DNA from: Eledone cirrhosa
Lineage: Eukaryota
Assembly (NCBI GenBank): GCA_964016885.1
Contig: OZ024751.1
Location: forward strand, 38,254,001-38,318,000
DNA: 64,000 nucleotides
Reading direction: 5' to 3'
The notes under the pieces are model-generated. The model saw only the letters and a list, made by a program, of their open reading frames with translations. It was not told where the DNA came from and made no database searches. How positions within the stretch are numbered: position 1 is the first letter of the stretch; every line of letters begins with the position of its first letter. Shown one piece after another: positions 14,756-30,444 of this stretch. The position numbers and the translations under genes were made by a program.

Positions 14756-15005
14756 TTAAATACGAGTAAGTGCCGGTCTAGTACAATTTACAAAACTAAG
14801 GCAAATCTAATGTAAAATGTTAATTAAATTACGATTTTAGACAATTATCTACAGATAGACGGGGACGTAGGACCTCAGTTGAGGGGATCGGACTTACAAC
14901 AAGGGTTTCAAATGTCCAAACAACCCCAGAAAAAGTGCTTATGAAATTAACGTGATGTAAATTATTCAGATACATATCATTCGATGTGGCGTCTAGGGCT
15001 GTTTT

Positions 15006-15093
<88 letters not shown>

Positions 15094-15204
15094 ATATATA
15101 TAGAGAGCATAACTCGGCTGTAGTAGCACCGTGGAAACATTTGTAAGCACACGGAATAAATTACCTTTTTATGATGTCTACCTGTTATTATTCATTCTTT
15201 ATAT

Positions 15205-15397
15205 GGCGGTGGATTGGCAGTATCGGTAGAGGTTCGGACGCCATGCTTTGACGCATAGAGTTACGGCCCTTGCCATTCTGAGTTCAAATCCCGCCGAGGT
15301 TAACTTTGCCTTTCATCCTTACGGGGTCGATAAAATAAAGTACCAGTAATGTACTGGGTAATTTTCTGGCCTTGTGCCAATAGTAGAAACAATTATT
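15205..15397 (+). mobile_element. SINE family 1, full length with target-site duplication
   Basis: A-box TGGCAGTATCGG, B-box GAGTTCAAATCC; TTATTCATTCTTTATAT duplicated at 15188-15204 and 15393-15409. Confidence 0.93.
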
Positions 15398-15407
15398 CAT
15401 TCTTTAT

Positions 15408-15452
<45 letters not shown>

Positions 15453-15505
15453 AATATATATATATATATATAGATATATTTCTTTATTTAAATATATATA
15501 TATAT

Positions 15506-15536
<31 letters not shown>

Positions 15537-15689
15537 CACGAAGGACGATTTAGCAAGGAATTTGTCAACGCAGTTCTATAATAGATTTCAGTTGGCTTAA
15601 TGTAGTACGCAGATAGAATAAATCTGTGACCAATTGCTAAGCGAATTCCTTTACACAGCTACCTGTCACTCTACGTATTATTTGGTTCG

Positions 15690-15782
15690 ATCACTTCCCG
15701 GCGGAATGAAATGAAATTGCTGTTGAAGGAGTCGAACCCATATCAACACCCCCCAACTGAGTGCTAGCTGGCGGCCCCATCG
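15690..15782 (-). other. tRNA-like Pol III head (SINE head or tRNA pseudogene fragment)
   Basis: Minus strand TAGCACTCAGTTGG (A-box-like) and GGGTTCGACTCC (B-box); no complete cloverleaf. Confidence 0.35.
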
Positions 15783-16559
15783 TGCACGAGGTTTGTCTCG
15801 AATATTGATATATTTTGCGTCTAGTATTGTATAAATTGTGATTAAAATTAATATTATGCGTCTATAGTTTACTATCTTGGGACTAATATCAATATGATTC
15901 ATGCATATTTTAGTAACGTGACAAAAAATTAATATGATACCACTATATATATATAATAGCATTGTGTGACCAATAGCAATATAATACCTAGATTGAGCGT
16001 TCGTTTTTTTATCTACTACTATTTTAATATTATTATTATTAATACTACTATTACAGTGGGGTAGGCAATCCATTTGATTAATCATTTTAATGTTGTTTTT
16101 TTTTTCTTGTATCAATCACTATTTTCATCGGGCACTTAATCAACTTTTTGTTTTCTATTTCATATTTATTTTCCAAGGTGTATAGGGCAGTGTAATTCTC
16201 TCGGAAAATAATGAAATTGATAGTTAAGTGAGATTTCTGATGTGGCTGGTGTGTAGGTTATATTTATTTAGTAGGTTGACATAATTGTATCTATGTTTGA
16301 GAGGATTGCATCTGAAAGTAGGTGTGAGTGGTGATGCATTTCGGGCAAGATTCAGGGTGACACATGATGGTGATGGTTAGATGAGAGTAAAGGTTTCATA
16401 ATTGGTTGTAATCATTATTTTTGTTGCTGGTGCTGATGGTTTTGGGGGGATATAAGACAGCCGCCTAAAAATATCTAATTGCGATTTATGTAGCGAACAT
16501 ATATGTTGGTGAGTCTTGTGATACGATGAGGCGCTGAAAGATGACTGTGTAATATTTAG

Positions 16560-16600
<41 letters not shown>

Positions 16601-16965
16601 AAACCACATGTGGTTTAGAATATGGTGACGATCGGAATTTGAAAATTGAATTGAGTTAGAATATAGAGTGCGTGTGTGGTGGTGGTGGTGGTAGTGAAAA
16701 TACACAAGGGGCTCATTCTCTTTGAAGTGTATTCATATAAATATAATCTTCGTGTCTGAATACGGAAATTAGTGGAGGTGGGGTTAAACAACTTCAATCA
16801 CACGTCAATGCCCTCTCAATTTCATGCCCGAAATATTCTTGAAAGGGACCACATCAGTTGTGAAAAATATATCACATGTCAGTTATTGTATGTATTGATA
16901 TTCTTTAGATTAGGTGACCAGATCGATCATGTAGACCTGGTTCAATAGAGCCGAGTCATTTCAAG

Positions 16966-17212
16966 CTGGGCCGGATTTAGACCTTGGGGAGCCCGGGTCA
17001 CTTCATGTTTTGGGGGGCTGGGGGGCACTCATACACACACACACACACACTCACACACGATTGTATGAAAAGTTATAGATACAGTTATTAATGGAAAAAT
17101 AATCTAACCCTCCTAGAAGTAAAACGGCCAACAGAGGGCACAAATAAATTGCTCCAGCTGCTGCTGGTGGGCCAGCAATTCTCCCCTTTGCTCCAAATTA
17201 AATCCTACTCTG
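16966..17212. mobile_element. Degenerate hAT-type MITE
   Basis: Left end GGGCCGGATTTA, decayed right end TAAATCCTACTCTG; the same left terminus CAGGGCCGGATTTA recurs at 47922. Confidence 0.5.
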
Positions 17213-17780
17213 ATGACAAGATTTATAATAAAACAATTTTCAAAGAGCATATACTTTAGTTACTCAGGACGCCGAATGCTTAGGAGGATACACTGCATCT
17301 AGCTGATACTATCTAAGCCTAGCATCGACACCTTCACTATTTGAAAATGAAATATCTTGGCCATAGACACAACTTATTGATAGGGAACGGTTTATTTTGA
17401 TTAACTCTTCGGGTTAATGAATCCTTCATCCAAGCTTATTGTATTCCAAGCTAATATGTTCATTTATTTCCTTTCAAAAAAGTCTCCAATTTCCCTCCCA
17501 AACAATTAGACATTTCAAAACAAGACAGTGTGACATAATCAATAAATATATATTGAACATATATTAAATCAATATTAATTACTCAGCAGGCCTCTACATT
17601 AAACCAGAAACTAAAGGCATTGTTTCCTAACGAACACAAAAATTCTATTTTTCTGATCTATGTTCTGATAAATTATTTTATTTTTTAATTAATTTTAACA
17701 CTCAGTATCTCTCATGTCTTTAGGTGTGTATACGTGTGTGTATGTGTATGTGTGTGTGTTTGAGAGAGAGAGAGATATAT

Positions 17781-17845
<65 letters not shown>

Positions 17846-18077
17846 GTGCGTGTCCCTACGTGTGTATACTTGAATCTACCACATCACACCACCGTTATTC
17901 CGAGTTTCACGCTTGACAATTCATCATAAACGATTGATAGATCACCAAGCGTTAAGCCCGAAGTAACAATTTAGCTTCTGCTAAATGAATAATTAAAACT
18001 TACTTCATATGTATGTGTATTTGTGTGTGTTTGTGTGTGTGTGTGTGTATTTGTGTGTTTTTGTGTGTGTGTGTGTG

Positions 18078-18138
<61 letters not shown>

Positions 18139-18241
18139 CGCGCGTGTGTGTGTATTTGTGTGTGTGTGTGCGTGTGGATTATTGCGTCTTTTCATTTAGT
18201 ACACTGGAGTGAGAAAAATATATAGTTAGGGATATATAGTG

Positions 18242-18280
<39 letters not shown>

Positions 18281-18293
18281 GAGAGATATAGTG

Positions 18294-18332
<39 letters not shown>

Positions 18333-18747
18333 GAGAGCGAGATAGTGAGAGAGATATTGTGAGAAGGGGAGAAAGACAGAGGGTGAAGAAAGAGAAAATG
18401 ACAATGAGGAATAATTCCGGGGATTTCTTTGGCTTCGCACACATTCCCCAGAGATGCCTTCCAGAGGATTCAATCGGAAGCAACAGACACCACATGATCT
18501 CTCCCCCTAAATCCTCGAGCGAAACCAACCGAGGTTAAGGATGTTATCCAACCACCTTACCTGTGGTCCACCTCTCGGATTGCTGTCATTATTTTAAACT
18601 GCTTCATCAAGTAAATATATCTACACTAACCTCACAAATATAACCACTACGAATATAATAGTAGTTACGTTCAATTGAAATCAGACTTTGCTGAGTACAT
18701 ATAATATAAAAAGTGGCACATGTTGCCTCATTACATAACAACGACCT

Positions 18748-18893
18748 GGGTTCAAATCCTGCCCAGGGTAGCTTTGCCTTAAATCCTTATGGTGTCGGAA
18801 AAATAAGGTACCAGTAATGCACTGGTGTTGATTAAATTGACTTTCCCCCTCGCCCAAAATTATTGGACTTGTGCCTAAATCAAATACCGTTAT
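18748..18893 (+). mobile_element. Degenerate SINE family 1
   Basis: GGGTTCAAATCC...AAATAAGGTACCAGTAATGCACTGG...CTTGTGCCTAAA. Confidence 0.75.
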
Positions 18894-19452
18894 TATGAAA
18901 GCAGGTAATGTTAAAAAGGACAACACATATTTAACACAGAAGTTTATATATTTTCAACATCAATTATTAAGATAATGTGTACCCTAACCCAAACCCAATA
19001 ATAACACTATATTTACCGGTAAAATAAGCTTAAACAGCATGGTTGTCTATTGTACTGGAACTGCCAAAGTACACTATTCGTGCACTTTTACATGACGCTT
19101 GTAGGAAATCTAACTAGATGTCTTATAACGACTCTACATCAAAGGTTATTAATGTGTTGTGTCACACCCCCTTCACGACCACGTAATACACTCAGCGTCC
19201 TCCCTCCGATAATATATAAAGAAAGAATTTATAGACTCATTATATTGAATGTTATCTATACTATCGAGTGAAAATAGCGGCCGTTGCAGTCCCGCAGTCA
19301 ATATACACGAGTCACCACTGTTCTGCTCTATATGAACAAAACTATGGAGATTTAAATTACTCAGTAAAACAAACATCTTGAAATAGATTTTTTAACAGCT
19401 ACATTCTACACGTCCATATTAATATTAGTTGTGAATTTATAGTAATTTAATG

Positions 19453-19646
19453 ATAATTGTTTCTACTATTGGCACAAGGCCAGCAATTACCCCAGTGCTT
19501 TACTGGTACTTTATTTTATATACCTCGTGAGGATGAAAAGCAAAGTTAATCTCGGCGGAATTTGAACTCAGAACGTAAAGGGTCATAACTCTATGCTGTA
19601 AATCATGGTGTCTGACGCTCTACCGATACTGCCAATTCACCGCCCA
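19453..19646 (-). mobile_element. SINE family 1, full length
   Basis: Homologous to the 15205 copy; AATTTAATGATAA repeated on both sides. Confidence 0.92.
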
Positions 19647-19796
19647 TATAAACAATTTAATGATAATAAATTGCCATAAGGAAACAATTTAATTTTTCAT
19701 GTTCAGAAATACCTTTGTTTAACCGGTTTCAAATCTTAGAACATTTAGTTTAGTAAAATATATTCGAAACATATCTACATAACGGATGAAGTGGTA

Positions 19797-19834
<38 letters not shown>

Positions 19835-19838
<4 letters not shown>

Positions 19839-20060
19839 CAGTATGACCCCGACGGCAGATCTCAATCCGTTTCGACGGCTATTTCTGGACTCAGAGGGTG
19901 AAAGAAAGAGAAAATCACAAGAGTCCAGAAATAGCCGTCGAAACGGCTTGAGCTCTGCCGTCGGGGTCATACTTTTCCTATTTCCCACTCTACTACCCTA
20001 AGTATTGAGTACTCTGGTGCGTTATGGTTAATCTGGTTCCTTACCACAATTCCTTTGTTA
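19835..20060 (+). mobile_element. Family A hairpin-plus-tail insertion, copy 2
   Basis: Inverted arms around a 28-nt unrelated spacer; same tail as copy 1; TA flanks; further fragment at 20098-20155. Confidence 0.8.
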
Positions 20061-20979
20061 TATATATATATATATACACATTGTATATATATATATAGTT
20101 CGGGTCTAGATGTCGAAACGGCTCGAGCTCCGCCGTCGGGGTCCTGAATCTTTTAATATCAATATATATTTATGCGTATATATATATATTTATGCGTAGA
20201 GATATATATATTTATGCGTATATATATATATATATATATATATATACGTAGAGAGAGAGAGTGAGAGAGTGAGAGTGAGAGTGAGAGAGCGTGTATGAGA
20301 CAGATGGGTGGATATACACAATATATAAATGAGTGTATATTTATAAATGTATGTGTATGTCCGTGTAGATGTGTCTGCATGGATATAAGTACATAAATAT
20401 TGTAATAGTGAAAAAACCTTATTGTGTAAAAATAATTGAGCAGATCGATATAAAAATGAAGTGGAGAATAATAGGTGAACACTTGTTAAGAGTTGTGAGT
20501 CGATATTTTAAGGTGGGCTACAATTTCTATTGAAGTTGATATGTGAATTGAGCTTAAATTTAAATGCTGGCTATTGTTTCAACAAATAAGAAAGAAAGTC
20601 TCTCTCTCCACCCCCAAAGACACACACACTCTCTCTCTATTATATATATATATATATATATAAATTTATTATTATTACTATATACATATATATTGATATG
20701 TATATATATATATGCATACACACAAATATGTGTTTGTGTGTATATATTGATATATATACATGTACACATATACATATATATATACAGACCCCCCCCACAC
20801 ACACACACATAAATATATATATATACACATGTATATATATGTGTGCGTGCGTTTGTATGTGTAACTGTTGTGTCTGCTTTCACATATTCAATTATACGTG
20901 AATATATGTATATATATATAAAAGACGTAAAATAAGAAAATTTTTAAATATATCTACATATATATATATCTATGCAGAT

Positions 20980-21200
20980 ACATCTAGAACAAGGTGTGCC
21001 CGAGTGAGGCGGGTTTCCAGAGTCATCCAAGGATTCCTGGCTGTTCCCAACAATGTTGGAGAGATGACACGGTTTTCTAAAGAAGTGGCAGTTACAATGG
21101 TAAGTTCCCGTATCTGCTGATGTAGCGGACTGAGCGGTGTTTCCCACAATCGACTGATGAGATGGGACTGTATTTCCGTTGTTTTCCTGTATTCGCCCAT
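20980..21200 (-). mobile_element. Possible 3' end of an RLE-type (R4/Dong-like) non-LTR retrotransposon
   Basis: GC-richer island in (TA)n; minus-strand translation has ...ISRLW... and ...LLGTAR...LE, resembling the RLE C-terminal motifs RLW and LLGTARILR. Confidence 0.35.
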
Positions 21201-21278
21201 ATATATTTATACAGACATGTATGCATATATATAAGTATATACATACATGCGTATATTTATATATAAACACATATCTAT

Positions 21279-21317
<39 letters not shown>

Positions 21318-21425
21318 CATACTTACATTCATACACACATACAAACGCACACACATACATACACACATATATATATATATTTATTATTTATTTATTTATA
21401 TACCTAGACATGTACATGCACACAT

Positions 21426-21477
<52 letters not shown>

Positions 21478-21940
21478 ACGTAATATAGTCTCCGGTATAC
21501 ACACATATATATATATATATATATTATAGTCTCCGGTATATATATATATATATATTTATTGTTATTATTTCGAAATTTAAATATTTTGTTGTTATTTGTT
21601 TAGCACAAACATAAGTAAGTTCATTTTCTGTTCCATTGTCTTAATACAATAAAAGTACAATCACACGGAAATGTATTTCCATGAAAAACGCAATCATGTT
21701 GAAATGAAGGCACTACTAGAGTTTAGTTGTAGCTGTTTATATTTTTTACTGCTTCGCAGTCACTATGTCAACGTAACGCTGAATATACTTATACTGGCGC
21801 GTATCTGAGAATATACCTGTGTCTATTAGAATGTGAATGCGTGCATGGCATGGCCGTATATTGGAGCGTAGTAGGTACACCTTAGAAATGTAGATTGTTG
21901 TGTATACGTATATAACTGTATAAGTATGTTTTTTTTACAA

Positions 21941-21988
<48 letters not shown>

Positions 21989-21995
21989 TAACACT

Positions 21996-22035
<40 letters not shown>

Positions 22036-22680
22036 CACATAGACACATACATACATATATATCAGCTTTCGTGTTTTACGCTGTTAGCGGAGTTGTGCGT
22101 GCATGTGGTTATGTGTGAACAAGTTACGGCTGTAAAGCATTTTTTTTATTTCAGTATATACATACATATGTATATATACACACATATACATACATACACA
22201 CATTCATATATATATATATATGTGTGTGTGTGTGTACGTATACATATATATATATAATATATATATAAATAATTTTTTTCTTATATTTTACATTATTTTA
22301 ACTTTACTGAGGGGAGAGTAAAATTTATGTTATATGTATTGATTCTTGTCAATAGGCTATAAAACTTATAAAACTCTATAGAAAACCGTTTCATGCTCGG
22401 CGTTTGGCAAAGTCACTTTCAGACACATGGTAACACACTCAATGGAGCGTTATAATGTCCAGCTTCTTTCTGCTTCGCTAATCAATGTCTTTGATGCAGC
22501 ATTTTTACTTTCATTTCTGAAGCTATAAAGCAATAGAAAATAACATTGTGAGAACGAACAACTTACATACATATATATACACACACACACAAACACACAC
22601 ACACATATATATATTTATACATATATATTTATATATGTATATATACACACATATATATATATATTATATACAAAAACACG

Positions 22681-22716
<36 letters not shown>

Positions 22717-22758
22717 AACACACTCATATTATATACAAAAACACGCACACACATATAT

Positions 22759-22801
<43 letters not shown>

Positions 22802-22906
22802 TACATACATACATATATATATATATACATACACACATATATAAATATATATATATATGTGTAGACATGTATATATGTGTGTGTCTATATGTATATATAC
22901 ATATAT

Positions 22907-22947
<41 letters not shown>

Positions 22948-25588
22948 GTTCCCCCACACCCAAATACACACACACGTGTATATATGTATATATGTTGTTG
23001 CTGTTATTGCTATTGTTGCAGCTTTTGTTATAGTTGTAGTAGTTGTTATGGCTGATGTTTTTTTGTGTGTATGGTGATGTTGTTTTTAATGATTGTGATG
23101 GTGTTGGTGGAGGAGTTTCCTTGTTTTTTCTAATTTTTCATATTATATATTTCTTTTAGTTTTCATTTACATATTCACTAAGTTTCCATTGATCAGTAAA
23201 TGGTGTATAGTAATTTGCTCGCCATGTTTCCAGTGAAACTGGGCCCTCACTTGCTGTAACGTATTTTTAGTGCATCTACTATTGTGATCAACGGCGTAGC
23301 ATTTATAGTTGTTGTTGTAATTACTTTTATTATCAATTTCATATTATTATTATTTTTATTATTATTATTATTATATTAATATACTTTGATCCGTTTCTAT
23401 TTTCATTAAGCAGACATATGATCCTAACACTGATTGACGTCCATAACATGGCTGACATTTTCACCCTACCCTACCTTATTCTCTCATTCTGTTACCATCA
23501 CCATCTCCATTTTATTTCTTCTCCCACACCCCTCTTTCTTACTCCCACTCATCATTATTATCATCATCATCATCGACGTCATATTAATATTTACATTGCC
23601 ATCATCGCCGTCGTCATCTTCAAGATGATGTCTATCTCTGTTATATATTTTCACCTTCACTTACTATATTCAACCAACCACAGTTTTATACTAGATATAA
23701 TCAAGTATAACTTTATTGTAAATATTTGCATTCAATTCATACTGTAACCCGGTTACAGCAAAATTAGTATGAACTAGATTTTATGTGAGCCACATGTAAT
23801 GGTATTACTATTTTAAGTACTAGAACAAAGTATGATTTATTTTAATCATTTCAAATTTTCAAAATGGATTTGCAATCAATAATGATAAATAGAAGTAAGA
23901 AATAAATAGAAAATACGAGAGCTAGAGAATGGGGTAACCTCTCCACGTTTGACTCCACCCCCTGGGTAATATGGTGAAATCACTGCCGTGGAGATTCGCG
24001 TGGAATATGCACTGCATCAACCATTTCACTTTAACCTGCTTCACGACCATGCGGTTCCGGTTTCGATACGTTACGATACTTCTGTGTAGCTTTTTAGGAA
24101 AGTGTGTTTCACCTTTATCTTAAATACACTACGATGTATATATTGTACTCCTCACCATGTATGTATGTATGTATGTATGTATGTATGAGAGAGAGAGAGC
24201 ATACAAATTAAACGGTGAATATCGCTGAATACAGCTGAGTATGATCTTTGACTAAATGTATCATGTTTTAGAGAAAACAAATTTGAATATTTCAATGATC
24301 TGGACAGTTGAAGTCTATAGGGGTTCTTGTCCTTTCAATTCCACAAGGAGGTATGGCAAGTACGTTGAGGTCATGGTATGAAAGGATTGCCTCTGTCCCT
24401 TCCCTTAGCAACTTCAACGACAGAGGGAGAGAGGGAAATATAGAAAAAGAAAGAGCGAAATAAGGGAGAAGAGTTGAAGTAGTTGTCTAATATTTCACAT
24501 TTATTGAAGCAAATGTGATAAAAAGGGAAGTATCCTTTGCGGTATGTTAAACTCAGAGAGAAAAGAGACGTAAAGAATACAACAAATTATTCTGTTCAAC
24601 ACTTTCACATCTCTGCCAAGCCACCACCTATTTAGGTTGACTTGATTATTGATAATAAGATGTTAGGTAATGTGTAAATTATTTGGTTGGCAAGATGTTA
24701 AAATGAATTTGGCAAAGTATTATGTATTGTTATTAGAACGGTCTTTTTTATATAATGTTTATTTGCATTTATGTAAGACACCTGTTCCAGAAACCTAATG
24801 GTTTATTTATGTTATATTCCTTTAATCTTTATTATTTTACTGGCTTCCGTTTTCAATTATATCGACCCACGTATGTAGCCTCCTATTTATTTCATTGATC
24901 TATCTATACTTATCAAAAAGTAAAGTCGTAATTCAGTACAGACGTACCACAAGTTAATTTTGTTTAACGTACCGATTTATACAGATATTCGTATAAACAC
25001 ACATAAACACAGACGTGAACAAATAATTGTTTATTGCTGGGTGGTTTCAGAGAGTAGCACGTATTTAGGGTGCGTTTAGATGAGTAGCACGTATAGAGAT
25101 TTTGAGCAGAGAAAACATTTGGTGAAAGACATGAATGGTACATTTATTGGCATCCACGTACACCTAGGCAGAATAATTTAGAGTAACGTTTGAGTAGAGA
25201 AAGAAAAGGTGGATTATATATGTCTGTGACAAAAGGAATATGCGTTTGACAGGTTAATAAATGGTTCGTGGTGTCTTTGCTGCATTGGAGATTAGAAACA
25301 GTAATGAAGAAGACTAAAAATAGTATCTTTGATTTAGTAATGTTGTTTCTTTACATCGATGAGGGAAATGTGTGTCAGTATGACGTGAAGTCACCGTTTA
25401 TCTAAATATATTCTTTCTCCTTTAGTTCCTTTCGCCCCTCATGGCATTTTGAAGACAACAAGGGTTGGGTTTGTTTAGTAACCTTAGATTGAGACATAAA
25501 TCATGGTCAAACAGCCAGTGTCATCTGGGCCTGGGACTCGAATCACTTGTGACTATTTTCAAAGGAATATTAGATAACTCATGTTAGA

Positions 25589-25627
<39 letters not shown>

Positions 25628-25844
25628 TTCTATCATCTGGACATTTATATTGAGACATCAAAAATTTCAAACATACCTCAGATCGACTAGAGGCTGAACA
25701 TAAAATATTCTACAACAGAATCATTTTATTTCCAAACGCAATACAGCCGGGAATAGAAACATTGTCATCAGCTTGATTTTGCAGAGTATTGTCACGATGA
25801 AAATATGTAAATAAATGAAAATCTTCAAAGAAAGAATATGTATG

Positions 25845-25914
<70 letters not shown>

Positions 25915-25990
25915 AAGTTACCAACACAAACACACATGCATACATACGTATATACATACATACATATAGACATATAGACACATATATATA

Positions 25991-26031
<41 letters not shown>

Positions 26032-26105
26032 GTACATATATATATATATACGTACATATATATATATATATATATACGTACATATATATATATATATATA
26101 TATAC

Positions 26106-26145
<40 letters not shown>

Positions 26146-26737
26146 CAAATATACAATTACGTCGAAACATATTGATTTCGCGAATCGTCGGCGCGTCTAT
26201 CTGAAACAATGTAATATTGTGGTGAAGAGAACAGAAAAATATAATAATGTTTATAATAAATGGGGAAAGATTGTCCAACTTAAAACGAAGAATACACGGC
26301 ATAAATATGCGGCAAAGATATTCTTCATGTACTGAACCTAAAAACTAATGACAAAGTGTAGGGAGAAATGACCTTCCGAAGAAAGAATCTTAAATATAAA
26401 TTAGAAACACATCTACATATAAAGACCATAAAGCGAATTATTACTTCACAAAAAAACACTCTAATGGAATATAAAATATTCATAATAATATAATATAATA
26501 TGGAATCTGCTTTTGTATTCAAGCCCAAAGATATTTGTTTTTCCAATTCCATCAGTCACGCCATCATATTTCATCTTATATATGTATGTGTGTCTCTATA
26601 TATATATATCCCAATGTGATACCCACAAACACTCGGTATATTTGTGGAGTAATCAATGTATATATACACATACGTATTCTTCTATCAGCCTTAGTCATGC
26701 TTCGGCATTCTAGCACCTCACCCTCTCTCAGTTTCAT

Positions 26738-26779
<42 letters not shown>

Positions 26780-27141
26780 CATATATATAGTGTACACATA
26801 AAATATATATACAATGATTAATGTGTGTATAGTTATATAAATAATACATACATACATACACATATATATACATATATATATGTATATATAAATATGTATA
26901 TATGTGTATATGTACATTTTCTCATAAAATCAGATTAGAATTATGAAAGAAACTTTTAGGTTCTTACTGTTGTTTATTGTTGATATTCTTCGCTTTTGTC
27001 CATATTTCTATTCCATCATGTTTTATTCCTTTCCTTCTTAAAACAGTATTATTACATTTGAGATTCATTTTATAATGTCGCAATTATTGAACGGTACATA
27101 TACTAAAACCTTTCATGTTAGGAAATGCAATTCTTAAGTGT

Positions 27142-27216
<75 letters not shown>

Positions 27217-27986
27217 TGTGTGTGTGTGTGTGTATACCTATGTATATATATATATGTATATATATACATATATGTATGTATAATGTGTGTGGTTGTACAT
27301 ATTACGTACAACAGATTTATATATAGCTCCGCTCTCATACATATATATATGAATCTGTTATATTTAGATAATGCTTATACTACTATTACTACTACTACTA
27401 CTACTACTACTACTAATAATAATAATAATAATAACAATAATAATAACAATGATATATATATATATATATATATATATAATGTATGTATGCATATATTTGT
27501 GTAAACATGTCGGCTTGTGCTTGTATGTGTGTGCGAATTTACCATCATACATGCAAGCAAGATAGTATGTCTAGGGAAGAAACAATAACGACCAACAGTC
27601 AAAAATATCTAATAAATATCGAGACCCCTCAGTAGAAACAAAAAGAAAATCATCCTGCTGGAAAAGAGAAAACCTTTAGACAAATGTTATTAGCAAATAG
27701 GTGAGACATTTCAATATATTATGAAATACAAATAAAACTCTATTGGAATTTTGATGAAACTAGTCTGGTGTATAATATGATGCCATATATTCATTCAAGG
27801 CCTAGGAAATAGAGTTAAATATTTCAGTTTGTCACATGCATCGTATTAAAACGTAATCGATTTTTGTTTTCTTCTGTATCATATCGACTAGATTTATTTT
27901 TACGTATATGTATATTCTAAATTTTAGTTATGCATTTGCTTGCATTGTGCTGCGTGGTTATATATACGCAGACAGATAGACATAGT

Positions 27987-28020
<34 letters not shown>

Positions 28021-28027
28021 AAAATAA

Positions 28028-28069
<42 letters not shown>

Positions 28070-29907
28070 TTATATACAGAGATATTCGTTTAGCTTTGAT
28101 TAAACACGATGTTGGAACTCTTAAAGTGATGTTATGATTATTAATCATACGGAATAAATCAATCCCATTTAAAATTAAGGGAGGTAAGCATGATATTTTA
28201 ACGCTATTACACTCTTTACAGATGAAAAAACAAACAGACCGATCGAAGTATTCTTCCCAGGCTGCAAAACAAATGCACGGGGTCGCTACAGTAAACATTT
28301 TAACTCGTGCATATCTGACTTATTATTTATCCTTAGTTTTATTCGGTTGATGATAAATATATACAGAATATATACTATCTGCATTTAGATACAACACCAC
28401 AGAAAGACTAAGCTTTCTTCCATCCCTCGTATGGATTCAGACATATTCTGAAAATTTTAGATTAATATATCTGTATGGAAAACCAAGCTGAAATCTGAAT
28501 GACTATTTCCCTCGCTATATTTCTCATTGTGTATACACCAAATTCCTCATTACTTTCAACATTGTTTGAAAATCATAGGCTCTATGTTTTATCAGAAATA
28601 TGATAACGAAAGAATGCATACATATAGGAATTATATGGACAAATGTATTTGAATCGATTTGATTCAGGAAGCGGAAATTATGTTATGTTTTGTTGCAATG
28701 CCAGCAGACCTAGTTAAGACGGTACATATGTTATTGTTAGTATACGGCTACCTCGCTGGATTACTCAAACAGGGATATCGGATGTTCATGCAAAAATCTA
28801 AATTTCGCGTATATAAACATACTTAATCCTATTATACGACAAGAGTCATTAGAACGGATAGAATGCTTTGAGGTATATGTTCCCACTATCTTTTCACTCT
28901 CTGATTTCAAAACCCGCTGATATTCTAGATAACAAATTAAAACACACTCCAGAAAGCATTCGGTCCTTCGTTATGAACATTATATGAAATAAACATCAGG
29001 ATTTTTGTATATATTAATATATAATGTTTTAAACTGACATAAATCTATTATATAATTCGAAAAGAAAACCACAGATTTTTATTTGGTGTTTATTTATATA
29101 AACTAAGCCCCTGTATGGTCACATGTGTTACGCAACTTTGATATAATCCGATAATCTTTTTTTGTAAATCGAATATAAATTTACATATTTATATAAACAT
29201 CATTTTGTAATCACCTAGGTTATTCTGGTATTGGGCCCATACAGCAAGAGATTCCTGATTCTATCTTTGATTGTAATATTGGTGCAATTTATAGACAGAG
29301 ATGTCAAAATGGTATAATATGATAACATGCATTGCGACAGAATTACATACAGAAGAAAATAGAAGTCTTCCAGGAATATATACTGCATCGTAAATTTCTG
29401 TTATCAGAAGATTTAGATATCTGCAAATATACAAATATATATAAAGACATCTATTCCAAAATACATATTATATAAACACACACCTACACACACATATGTA
29501 TATATATATATACATATATATATATTAAAAATACATAGTAGATGTACAATATTTTTTTTTATATTTGAATCCCCCAAAATACTGCGTGCTTGTATGTGGA
29601 AAATACCCTCCAAAACAATATAAAAGCCGACCGATTATGTCCCCCGTATCATCTCACACCTTCCCACACAGACTATTAGTAAACGAGGCAGATAGCAGTA
29701 GAGTGGAGGGGCTCTCAGCTCTACATGTTACAACAGTGAGCATGTGATTACTGTTGCTTTATTGATAAAAGAAGAATCCCATTATTGTACTGGTTTCAAC
29801 CCTAATACGGCTGTGCTGCGAAATGTGAGTCCCCGCGTATAGTTTGGAAATTTATTGTGGAACTAACTATGTACTACGGATATAACCTCCGCGTTTTTTT
29901 ACCACAA

Positions 29908-30389
29908 TATATATATATAATATATATATAATACATAATATATATATAATATATATATAAAATACATAATATATATATAATATATATATAAAATACATAA
30001 TATATATATAATATATATATAAAATACATAATATATATAATATATAAATATATATATAATATATATATAAAATACATAATATATATAAATATATATAATA
30101 TATAAATATATATATAATATATAAATATATATATAATATATAAATATATATATATTATATAAATATATATATAATATATAAATATATATATAATATATAA
30201 ATATATATATAATATATAAATATATATATAAAATATATAAATATATAAAATATATAAATATATATATAAAATATATAATATATATATATAATATATATAA
30301 TATATATATAATATATATATAATATATATAATATATATATAATATATATATAATATATATATAATATATATATAATATATATATATAAT

Positions 30390-30444
<55 letters not shown>

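Noticed and set aside
15205-15300. tRNA genes at SINE heads
   Set aside because: A/B boxes are present but there is no cloverleaf and they continue into SINE bodies
25040-25430. Possible old LINE fragment (also 16175-16375 and 18400-18590)
   Set aside because: Too degenerate; no convincing RT or endonuclease motif by eye
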